A stretch of DNA of 64,000 nucleotides from Podarcis pityusensis. Lineage: Eukaryota. Both the position numbers and the translations under genes were made by a program. The notes below the pieces were generated by a model that was given only the letters and a program-made list of their open reading frames with translations, was not told the DNA's origin and made no database searches. The stretch is taken from the NCBI GenBank assembly GCA_964106645.2, contig OZ067043.1; one strand, 5' to 3'. Of this stretch, positions 24,817 to 36,400 are shown one piece after another. Each line of letters opens with the position of its first letter. The stretch's first letter is position 1.

Positions 24817-24981
24817 TGGGAAAGTTTGAAGCGGGTGAAGCACAGCAACTTTTGACAACGTGAGAACTGCAGCTATGCTGCAAAAGTAAACGAGTTCTCA
24901 GTATTCCATCGCGCCTGTGAAGCATTCTTTCCCTCAGATAATTCTGGACAATGTAGTTTGTTAAGGGTTGCTGGGAATTGT

Positions 24982-25726
24982 GTTGTTGTTTTTTTTAATG
25001 ATATTTATTAAAGTTTCAAAGAATACAAAAACAAAAAATAAAAATACAAGAAAATACAAAATACAGAAAAAAGAATAAAGTTTTTAAGATGTAACAAAAA
25101 AGAAAAATAAAGAAAAACATACAAGATAAAAACAGTTAAAAAAACACGTTAACTTTCCATAGCATATCTTCCTTACACTTATTTCCCCGGACCTCCTCGT
25201 ACCTCCCTTTTTTGTATTCCTGTTCAGTTTGTTAGTTCAGCAAATCCTTACCATTAAGCTTTTACCCATTTGTAAACCTTTTTTCGTATCTCTTAAAGCA
25301 TTACAGCTGGAAACCACTTAGTTTCTTTCCAACATCCTTCTGAGATTCATTAATTTTGCAATATTTCTGTAAATAGTCTTTAAATTTCTTCCAATCTTCT
25401 TCCATCGACTCTTCTCCCTGGTCTCGGATTCTGCCAGTCATTTCTGCCAATTCCATGTAGTCCATCACCTTCATCTGCCATTCTTCCAAGGTGGGTAGAT
25501 CTTGTGTCTTCCAATACTTTGCAATTAGTATTCTTGCTGCTGTTGTAGCATACATAAAAAAAGTTCTGTCCTTCTTTGGCACCAATTGGCCGACAATGTC
25601 CAGAAGAAAGGCCTCTGGTTTCTTCAGGAAGGTATATTTAAATACCTTTTTCAATTCATTATATATCATTTCCCAGAAAGCCTTAATCTTTGGGCACGTC
25701 CACCAAAGGTGAAAGAATGTACCTTC
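24982..25726 (-). mobile_element. L1-clade LINE 3' fragment with 18-bp TSD
   Basis: GTFFHLWWTCP...AARILIAKYWK ORF2 C-terminus; TSD agggttgctgggaattgt at 24964-24981 and 25727-25744. Confidence 0.88.
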
Positions 25727-25886
25727 AGGGTTGCTGGGAATTGTAACTCTGTGAGGTGTAAACTACACGGCCCAGAATTCTTCAAGGGATGCTTTGCATG
25801 TGCTTCAAAGGCAGGATGAGGCTTTGCAGACCAAGAGGCAGAGCTACAGAGAGACACCAGCTCTATTCTCTGGTAATCCCTACCTC

Positions 25887-26450
25887 CATGGGTAGGCAAC
25901 CTAAGGCCCGAGGGCCGGATCCAGCCCAATCGCCTTCTAAATCCGGCCTGCGGACGATCCAGGAATCAGTGTTTTTATATGAGTAAAATGTGTCCTTTTA
26001 CAGTGGTACCTCGGGTTACATACGCTTCAGGTTACATATGCTTCAGGTTACAGACTCCACTAACCCAGAAATAGTCCTCCAGGTTAAGAACTTTGCTTCA
26101 GGATGAGAACAGAAATCGTGCTCCGGCGGCGCAGCAGCAGCAGGAGGCCCCATTAGCTAAAGTGGTGCTTTAGGTTAAGAACAGTTTCAGGTTGAGAACG
26201 GACCTCCAGAACGAATTAAGTATGTAACCAGAGGTACCACTGTATTTAAAATGCATCTCTGGGTTATTTGTGGGGCCTGCCTAGTGTTTTTACATGAGTA
26301 GAATGTGTTCTTTTCTTTAAAATGCATCTGGGTTATTTGTGGGGCATAGGAATTCGTTCATTTATTTATTTTTTCAAAATATAGTCTGGCCCCCCACAAG
26401 GTCTGAGGGACGGTGGACCGGCCCCCTGCTGAAAAAGTTTGCTGACCCTG
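25887..26450 (-). mobile_element. hAT MITE with nested Tigger-like MITE (26001-26242)
   Basis: Inverted copy of the 5807 family interrupted by a TA-flanked CAGTGGTACC element. Confidence 0.8.
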
Positions 26451-26507
26451 CTTGCCCGCAAGTGTACCAATTCATCTGTCTGACATAGCAACAGACCCGT
26501 TAATGTG

Positions 26508-26686
26508 CATAGCTGTCAACCTTCCCTTTTTTTTGCGGGAAATTCCCTTATTCCAGCACCGTTTCCCGCTGCTATCCCGGATTGTTAGCTATCCCATAGA
26601 CTGTCCCCGGGACAGGTGAGGCTGCTGATCCCTTATTTTCGAGGCTGGTGATCCCTTATTTTCAAATCTGAAAGTTGACAGCTATG
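26508..26686. mobile_element. MITE with 13-bp TIRs and 9-bp TSD
   Basis: CATAGCTGTCAAC...GTTGACAGCTATG flanked by GTTAATGTG on both sides. Confidence 0.85.
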
Positions 26687-27348
26687 GTTAATGTGTGTGC
26701 TGTTACGCTTTGTGTCCTGCGGTGTGGAAGCTTGTGTGGCAGGCATTGCATTGTGCGGCTCACAGGTGGGACCTTTGTATTTTGTCAAAACATTCATTTT
26801 GACTAGGTGCAATATTTGTGGCCATGCCTTCACTTCAGCATTGCGCTCTGCACAGTGCTCAGTGCCAACTGCTTCGCTGTTTAAATTGCTTAGTCACCAC
26901 CACCTGTAAGAGTAGAACTCTTTACTTTTTCTAAACTGCTTACACAAGGGGGTTTTAAAAAGCCGAGTCACTTGTGCTTACTTAGCAGAGTGGCACACAT
27001 TTCTAATTACAAAGGAATTCAAGGAGGGGGCAAAAATAACAGAAGGTTACCTCCTGCAGTCCCATTCATTTTCTTCTGCACGCACCATGATGATTATTAC
27101 TAAGCCAGTGCTAATTTCAAAAGCTTGAAGAGTAAACAAATACAGCAGGAAGACGTAAAATGGGAGGTGGGGAGGCTCAGGCGGTGATCCTTATAATAAT
27201 GACTGGGGTCTTAGCCAGGTGCCCAGTCTCATCAGTGAAATATTTTTATTTATTTAAATTATTTATAACTCTTTTTTCACACAATCCGAGAGCAAGAAGC
27301 ATTAAAATACAAAAGAGAGCACTATTTCATGTAAATACAACATAATTA

Positions 27349-27608
27349 CCGTATTTTTTGCTCTATAAGATTCACATTTTTCCTCCTAAAAAGTAAGGGG
27401 AAATGTGTGTGCGTCTTATGGAGCGAATGCAGGCTGCACAGCTATCCCAGAAGCCAGAACAGCAAGAGAGATTGCTGCTTTCACTGCGTAGCGATCCCTC
27501 TTGCTGTTCTGGCTTCTGAGATTCAGAATATTTTTTTTCCTTGTTTTCCTCCTCCAAAAACTAGGTGCGTCTTGTGGTCTGGTGCGTCTTATAGAGCGAA
27601 AAATACTG
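27349..27608. mobile_element. pogo/Tigger-like MITE
   Basis: TA-CCGTATTTTT..CTCTATAAGA / TCTTATAGAG..AAAATACTG-TA. Confidence 0.8.
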
Positions 27609-27859
27609 TACATCACCCAAGTCAAAGGCCACATATCATGGTTTTATGTTTTTATGTTGTTGTAAACTGCTGTGATATATTTTTATGGTTTGTTTATTTA
27701 TTTCATAAAATCTGCATGACGATTGGTTGTAGGAAGCCTCAAGGAGGTTTTCAAAAATATAAAACAAGAAAATCAAGAAAAAAATTTGACCCTATTTCAA
27801 AACATACAAAAGTTAAAATACTAACACAGATTAAAATTTCCTCACTTTCCTAAGCATCT

Positions 27860-28440
27860 GGGTAAGCATGTCTAGGCAAGAATGTTTTTAGCAGGCATCA
27901 GAAAGACTGCAGTGAAGGCATCTGCTTGATCTCAATAGGCAGGAAGTTCCACAGTGCCAGTGCTGCCACTAAATGATCGAATGCAGAATGGGCACCTGTA
28001 TAGTGCCGCTTCTGCCAATCAAAACAGTTGAGTGGGCACATGTGGGGGGTAAGGCAATCTCGTAGGTAAACTGGTCCCAAGTTGTTAAGGACTTTTCATG
28101 CTAATAGTAACACCTTGAACCTGGCCTGGTAGCATATCAGCAACCCGTGCAGGTCTCTGAGCCCAGGTGTATGGGCTGACGAGGCCTCACTCCTGTCCGC
28201 AATCGTGTTGCAGCATTCTGCATTAACTGCAGTTTCCGGATCCAGCACGAGAGAAGCCCCACACAGAGCACATTGCTGTAATCCAGTCTTGAAGCAATCA
28301 GCAAATGAACTATTGTGGCACAGCATTCCCAGTCCAGGAATAGCCATAGCTGTTGAACCAGCCACAGTTGGTAAAAGGCAGCTCTAGCCACTTCTAGCTA
28401 CCTGAGCCTCCAGTGACAGAGCAGGATGCAGAAGCAGCCC
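27860..28440 (-). mobile_element. Old L2 LINE fragment
   Basis: SRLDYSNVL...LQLMQNAA, RFKVLLL. Confidence 0.75.
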
Positions 28441-28464
28441 TAATCTGCAAACCTCCTTTTTATA

Positions 28465-28846
28465 CAGTGGTGCCCCGCAAGACGAATGCCTCGCAAGACG
28501 GAAAACCCGCTAGACGAAAGGGTTTTCCGTTTTTGAGTTGCTTCGCAGGACGAATTTCCGTATGGGCTTGCTTCGCAAGACGAAAATGTCTTGCGAGTCT
28601 TGAGATTTTTTTTTCGCTCCCCCCCCCCTTTATCTAAGCCGCTAAGCCTTTAATAGCCTTTTAGCAGCTAATCCGCTAAGCCTTTAATAGCCTTTTAGCA
28701 GCTAATCCGCTAAGCCTTTAATAGCCGCTAAACCGCTAACAGCGCTAATCCTTTAAGCCGCTAATAGGGTTGCTTTGCAAGACGAAAAAACCGCTAGACA
28801 AAGACACTCGCGGAACGGATTAATTTCGTCTTGCGAGGCACCACTG
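28465..28846. mobile_element. Tigger-like MITE with internal minisatellite
   Basis: TA-CAGTGGTGCCCCGCAAGACGAA TIRs; internal gccgctaagcctttaata repeats at ~28636-28765. Confidence 0.82.
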
Positions 28847-29639
28847 TAATATTTTTTATTTGGCATCGGAAGACCATCAATGCTGGTGCTACTTGTATCT
28901 GAGAGGAGAGGGCATTCTAGAGTTGAGGTATCACAGCTAAGGAACATTGGACACTATTTCTTCTCCACGTGGTTTACTATTAGTTCCTCAAGGAACTATA
29001 TTCCTGACATGAGATCTGGGACCTGTAATTTGTATCAGCAACAATGACTACGCTGCTCTTGTGATTGTTCTTCAGCAACCCTTTCCACCCTGGCTTTCTC
29101 TGGCTGTTTTAGACTATAACTTCCATCAGCCCCTGTTAGCAGGTGCTGGCTAACCAGAGTGGTAGTCCAAAAAAAAAAACCCTGGAGGACACATGGGTTA
29201 GTGGTCCCCTATTCATCCTGTTCTAACACTGCTTCATGTCCCATAAAATCTGAAAAATTGATATATTTTTCCTAATGGTAATTTGCTTGCACCTCCAGTT
29301 CACCCCACCTGCTCTGTGGGTTCTGCCTTTCCAACACCACATTGATTGTACTGAAGGAGAATTAAACACATATATAAAACAAATGATTTCATAATGGATC
29401 AGATTCAAGGCTGTGGAAGCATATTTGGCAGTTTAGGTCTTGTTTTGAGAGACCCACCTCTTTTGTTTACACTGTTGTGTTTTGAACTGTTTTACTAATT
29501 TTTTTTTAATGTAATGATTCTGTTGTCATAACTCACCCTGGGACCTTATGGTGAAGAGCAGGTAAAAAAAGTCCACAATGCATTGATATTAATGTGCAGC
29601 AGGATCCTCTCATTTTAGTCACAGCATATGATGCTCAAT

Positions 29640-30045
29640 TTTAAAAAAACTTTTATTGATAAATGCAATACTTACAAACACAAACCAGAAAACTAAACAC
29701 ACTTATTATACATAGATACATACACCTCTCAACTTAAATTACAAAAAAAGAAAACATACAAACTAAACATACAGACATATATTTTGACTTCCCTCCACCT
29801 ATATGTGACTTCCTTTGTTTCTTCTTTTTCACTATCTCATCTTATACCCATTTCTTCTTAATTTTTTACTCTATAAGTTTCATTCATTGCATATTGATAT
29901 GTTAACACCTGAACAATGTTTTTTGATGTATTCCTTCACGCTAGTCCACTCCTCTATCAGTTTTTTGTCTGATTCGCCTCTTACCACTGCTGTAAGTTTT
30001 GCTGATTCTATGATGCTCATAATTTTGACTGATTTCATTGTCCAA
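29640..30045 (-). mobile_element. Degenerate L1-clade 3' fragment upstream of NPHS2
   Basis: ESAKLTAVVRGESDKKLIEEWTSVKEYIKKHC resembles the ORF2 end at 25301-25669. Confidence 0.65.
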
Positions 30046-30193
30046 TAGCTCCAATGGTGCAAATAAACATCCTCCTCCTGGGTAATGGCTTTCCCCTCTC
30101 TGGCCCTCCCTTTTGGACAGGATAAATGGCCAGGCAGCACAGACTCCCACATCCTCAGCAAAGAGTTGCTTTTCCTTAGCACAGGCTCCCTAA

Positions 30194-30482
30194 ATGAAGG
30201 CAGAAAAGAAGCCGCAGAGCTCTTCTACGGAGCACCGCGGGAGAAGCAGAGAGCAGGCCATTCAAGATGGCAGGAAGAAGGACAAAGTGGAACACAGCCG
30301 GAAGACTAGCAAAGAGAGGCAGCAGGAGTTCGGGAGAAGGAAGAGGGAAAAGGAGACCCAGAGCAGCCTTCTGGCAGACAACCAAGTCCACCCTTCCACA
30401 GTAGTGGATGTGGATGATGTCGTGTCGTTTGAGGAGGAAATGGAGGTGATGGCCTTGCTTGAAAGCGAGAAGCAGGAGGAAG
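30194..30482 (+). CDS. NPHS2: NPHS2 exon 1
   Basis: MKAEKK...STVVDVDDV...[11 protein letters not shown]/gtaagg. Confidence 0.95.
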
Positions 30483-33400
30483 GTAAGGGGGGAAGTAGTT
30501 AAGGGGCATGCAAGAGCACGGGGAGCTCAGAAGGGCTCCAGGATGACCCCACTGAGCTTTTCTTACTATGCCAGAGTTTGAATCTACTGTGCCCTGCTAA
30601 AAATGTAAGGGAGCCCTGACTTAAAAGGTAAAGGGACCCCTGACCATTAGGTCCAGTCACGGACAACTCTGGGGTTGCGGTGCTCATCTCGCTTTACTGG
30701 CCAAGGGAGCCGGCAGACAGCTTCTGGGTCATGTGGCCAGCATGACTAAGCCGCTTCTGGCGAACCAGAGCAGCGCACGGAAACACCGTTTACCTTCCCT
30801 CTGGAGCGGTACCTATTTATCTACTTGCACTTGATGTGCTTTCGAACTGCTACGTTGGCAGGAGCTGGGACCAAACAACGGGAGCTCACCCCATCGCGGG
30901 GATTCAAACTGCTGACCTTCCGATCGGCAAGCCCTAGGCTCTGTGGTTTAGACCACAGCGCCAAATAATAGTGTGAATAAGACTGTGACTGCATAAGGTG
31001 GCCACTTACATTTCGCCAAAAAAAGGTAGGAAATGCATCACCAAAAAGGGGGCACAAATAATCACAGAGTGTGAATATAACATTGGCATATAGATGTGCA
31101 TTTAGAAATAACTGCCGTAATTTAAATTTGGTACATCTCTCCATAGTGGGGAAGACTAGATCAGGTAACAATTGTTGGTGGGGAACTTCAGGGCTTGCTC
31201 ATCTTTCTAATGGTGCTTTAACTTCAAAACCAGTCCTGGAGCTGGGACCCTTGAACCTTCAAATAGAGGGCTATCCTCTCACAAGCCTTCCAACAGAGGA
31301 TTGTCTTCTGTAAAGTAGGATACGTGACCATAGTACCAACAACAGTGGCCTCCATCATCTTACTGTGTTTCCCCAGTAAGATTAAAGGTAACACAATGTC
31401 ATCACATTCCATTTATGTAGTAGCTAATTAAGTGGAATGTGAGTGTATAAAAGAGACATGCACTCACCAGGGAGACTGGAGAAGCTGTGGTCCTCAGACT
31501 TCTTGCTTCCTGACCATCTTTATATTTTTTTACTCTCAAGGCACCTTGACTTGAGGCCAGCAAAGCCAGAGTGTTTTTTTTTAATTGAAGACAAACAGAC
31601 ACAGAAGCAAGCAACTTGCAGGAGGTGGAAATGTTGTTGTTGTTTCGTCATGTCCGACTCTTTGTGACCCCATGGACCAGAGCACGCCAGGCACTTCTGT
31701 CTTCCACTGCCTCCCACAGTTTGGTCAGACTCATGTTTGCAGCTTCGAGAACACTGTCCAACCATCGCGTCCTCTGTCGTCCCCTTCTCCTTGTGCCCTC
31801 CATCTTTCCCAACATCAGGGTCTTTTCCAGGGAGTCTTGTCTTCTCATGAGGTGGCAAAAGTCTTGGAGCCTCAGCTTCAGAATCTGTCCTTCCTGTGAG
31901 CACTCAGGGCTAATTTCCCTAAGAATGGATGCGTTTGATCTTCTTGCAGTCCATGGGACTCTCAAGAGTCTCCTCCAGCACCACAATTCAAAAGCATCAA
32001 TTCTTTGGCGATCAGCCTTCTTTATGGTCCAGCTTTCACTTCCATACATCACTACTGGGAAAACCATGGCTTTCACTATACGGACCTTTGTTGGCAAGGT
32101 GATGTCTCTGCTTTGGAAATGCAACACAAAAACTATCCAAGTACACTTCATATTGTTCACAGCCTCTCCTGTGAGTGCAAATTAGAGCCATTTTTTAATG
32201 GTAGGTCAGATGTCAAATCTCCCAATGGAGTTGCCCAGGTGTGAAAATAGGAAGGGGGGGGGTCATGTATGGATTCTACCATGACATTTGAACTTGAATG
32301 CAGGACTGTTGGATCCATCTTCTGGGGCTTGCTCCAGGTATGAGTTGGCCCCATGCAAAGCACCCCCTGGCAAGATCCCTTTCCATTGCTTCTGAGTCTA
32401 ACTGCCTTTTTAAGTTCCTGCCGATGTAGTGAGGCATTGTGGGAAAACTATATGGCAGCAAGACATAACTGCCCAGGCCTGATCAGAACACTGGATAACA
32501 TTTACTGCAGGGCTTAGATCAGGCATTTGTGGTAGCAGTTGCCCAAGGATGCCAGGTGCTGACAACAGCCCTCCCCGCCATCTGGCTGCCTGTGATTAAT
32601 TAAGCTTAGCAAAACACGTAAGGAAAGGCTATTCTAGCAAGCAAGATTGGCAGAAAGCCCACCCAAGTCCCAGACTACACGATCAGGCCTCACGGCGCTA
32701 GGCTTCAGAAAGGAATAGGAAGCTGCTAGCTACCTGGCTCAGTAGTCCACACTGGCTGGCAGCATCTATCTGAGGTTTCGACGTTGGGATCTCTCCCAGC
32801 CTCACGATCTCGAACCATCTGCATTCAAAGCAGATGCTCTACCACCTAATTCTGGCCTTCCTCAGATAAGGGATGCTGCTGTGCTAATGGCTTCCATAGA
32901 CATCTGGCTGTCCACCATGATAAACAGAATGCTATTATTATTTCTGTTGCTCTGTGTTTGTCCTGGTTTCTCTTTCGAAGCTCCCAAACCCAGCATGCTC
33001 CAGTTCTGGTCTCTTGGGAAGTGCAAGCAGGAACTCCAATCCTGATTTTTAAAAGAACACTAGCAGATCCCCCCAAATCCAGGGATAATTCATACGGTCC
33101 CCCTCAAATGTTAATGTTCAGTCTCACTGGGATGCTCAGAATTTCTGTCAGGTAGGGTTGCCTGGTCTCAGGAGAGGTCTAGCCAGAATCTAAGGGATTC
33201 TATATTGTTTTCTCACTGGGTTTGGATGTTTTGGCACTGACTCTGCCACACTGTACCCATTGGCTCTACCTGGTGGCACCACTAGGCTCTTCCCTAGACC
33301 AGGTAGGTGCCATCCTCCACGTAATCTTTTACCCTGCCAATCTGCCAGTCACCACTTCCTTCATCTCCAAGTCTGGCTTCAAGAGACCAGACAGTCCTAG

Positions 33401-36400
33401 GTCATCTGGACTTCCTTTGTTGAATTACCGGTACTTTCCTAAAAGAACTACAAAGGACTGGGTCCTGACAGTCACAGTCTTGTATTAATATTATATTTAT
33501 ATCCTGGTATTCGTCTAGGTGCTGAAATGTATTGGGCAGGTGTGACACCCCCCCCCCCCCAAAGACTGAGATGAAGCTAGCATGTAGCACTTTCCAGATT
33601 AGCCTGCAGGTTCTGGAGCTCTGCTATCATAAAGCTTTTGAGACGTCTATACAGTTCAAGTTGCCTAAGCAGCATCTGGTGTTTGGGTTATATATCAGGT
33701 TCCCACCAGAGTAAGTCACAGCCGGTGGTTTGGGTAACACATCAACTTCCCACAAGAGCAAAAGACTGACAAAAAATTTGGCAACCAAGTCAACAAAGAT
33801 AATTTCCAAGGCTAGCCAGACTCCTTATTCAAGGTGTCAGCATGAGATCGGCCAAAGCTTACAGAGAAGGTAACCATTCTCACACAGCGATGTTTTGGCA
33901 TAAGTAGGCATGAGAAGCTATCATTTTATAGACTAAATATAATTAAAGGCCTAGGCCAACAGGATTTTTCTGGGCTTTATCTGGGCGTTTGAGGGGCAAT
34001 TGCTGGCCACTATCTTAATTCTTTTGACATGACATCTTCCACTGCTTGGCAGTGGCTCCCTTTGTATGCTGTGGAATCAGCAACACACCCACCCATTTAA
34101 AATTTGCAGCACCCATCGCTAAGAGGTGTGGTGAGTGGGCATAATTTAGCACACATGTTTAAGAATCCAGTACAGGTTTGGCTATTAGGATAAATAAATA
34201 CTGCACAGAGGTGGCAAAGAAGAGCCTCCCAACTTTACACAAGGGTTAATAAATAATTCTTAGTGTGAGAATAGAGCTGTTACCATACATAAGGTGTTTC
34301 CCGTGGAAGCTGGGCATTTTATCTCAATTCTTTCTCCACTTTTCTACCCTATTTCCAAAATAGCCCGAGCCAGTCAGGCTACATTCAACCTCAATATTTA
34401 TTGAGCATCTGATTTGTCCAATGATACAAGCAGGTTTCCATCTATGGGAAAGACCCTGTTCCATCACCTACTCTTTATTTGTTCCACTGTAGGTACAAAG
34501 TCTCCAGGCCTGGGCATTTGTGAGTGGCTTCTTGTCATCCTTTCTCTCCTCCTCCTCATAGTCACGTTCCCCATTTCCATCTGGTTCTGCATGAAGGTAA
34601 GTCATTGGGGCTGTTGCACGTGCAGGAACTATAATTTATCAATTTCCAGAGTTCGCGTACAGGCCCAAACAGAAGACCAAGCATCTCTCATTCACACACA
34701 CTGCTATGTGTACGACTCAATGCGAACGAGGTTTTACAAAGGTTCTGTGTAAGTAAACAAGTAGTTCCGAATTGATGTGAGTCAAGCATCCATATATAGA
34801 CCTCAGATAACACTAAACACTAATTCTTCCAGAAATTACAATCTGAATACCAAAGTCTTCACAAAGCCAAGAGGTCTCCTTCCTGCTCACAGCAGTCTCC
34901 CTCATCTATTTTATCATGTTCTTAATTACCTATATTGTGAATAAAAGTACTACTGCCCACTTGTCTTCTTTCACCTCAAGGTGCATTTGAAGTGGAGTAA
35001 TTACTGCTACTCGGAGACAAAGATAATGATAATTAATTTTGCTTCCGTTTCATTTATATGCCCAAGATCTACTAGAATTGTTCTCATTTGTAATCGTTTC
35101 TCCTTTCAGATGTAGTAGCTATTCTACACCACCTTACATAAACAGGGTACTTTGGAATAATCTAGGTAGGCTGAAAGAGCTTACCTTAGAAATAATGCCG
35201 CTTACGTTTTATTCAGCTTTCTTCTACATTTCCCTTCTGAGTTTTAAAAAAGAGCCCTGTTTTCTTTTGCAGTTGGTCATGCAACTTACAAACATTCCAT
35301 GTGGTGGCTTGAATTGCAGGGAAGAAGTTAGCATGTAGGTGTAGACTGTAGCAAACACTGTGCAAACACTCCCACAGTCAGACATGAGGCATGACAATGT
35401 TTGGTTCCTTCCATTGCTGGCCCCTTCAGACAGCCAACTCCTCACACGGGCCAGAGCCTCTGCACATGCTGTTTTTAAGAAACTGAAGCCAGAAACAGCA
35501 AGTGAATCTCTCTTAATCCTCAGTCACAAACGCTTGTGGCCAGCTGGAGGCCCCTTTAGCCTCACATGCTACACTGATCCATATCCTACATTGAAAACAT
35601 GCGCCTTCCCCCCCAAAATCCTAGGGAAAGTAGTTTGTTATGGATGCTAGGAATTGCATTCCACTTCCCAGGATTCTTGGGGGAAAATCATGCGCTTGAA
35701 ATGTATGGTGGCTGTGAAACAAGATGATTCTTCCCACTCAACAAAGGCCCGTCATCATTTTACATTTGCTGCAGCAGGAGGCACCAGGCATTTCCGTTCT
35801 CCTGGGCTTTTAGAGCAGAGGTTTCCACACTGTACGTAGTTCCACTTTATCTTACAGATTCCCACCATCCATTTTTCCATGACAGATTGTACGGGAGTAT
35901 GAAAGAGCCATTTTGTTTCGATTTGGACGCCTTCTTCGCGGAAGGCCCAGAGGGCCTGGTAAGTATAGAACTATCAGCCTTTCGGGAAGCCTCAGGTTAT
36001 GTACCAGCTGGGGAAGTTCTGGGGAGCCAAATAAAGGTAAAGGGACCCCTGACAGTTAAGTCCAGTCGCAAACGATTCTGGGGTTGTGGCGCTCATCTCG
36101 CTCTACAGGCTGAGGGAGCCGGCGTTTATGACCGATTTGCCCAAGTCCTGGGGGAAGACAGCAGTCATGGTAGTAGTCGATCTATTGACAAAGATGTGCC
36201 ATTTCATAGCTTGTTCACATGCGGTGACCGCAGAGGAGACAGCCAAGTTGTTTGTGGATCACATCTTCACGCTGCATGGGACTCCCTCGAGGGTAATTTC
36301 GGATCGCGGGAAACAATTTACTTCCCGGTTCTGGAGGAAGCTCATGAGCTTGATGCAGGTAGAGGTGAGCTTATCGACGGTGAGACATCCGGAAACCAAC

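Noticed and set aside
24238-24925. 206-aa and neighbouring ORFs with poly-Y/I/L/A/R runs
   Set aside because: Artefacts of the CpG island and (AAT)n/(GGC)n microsatellites
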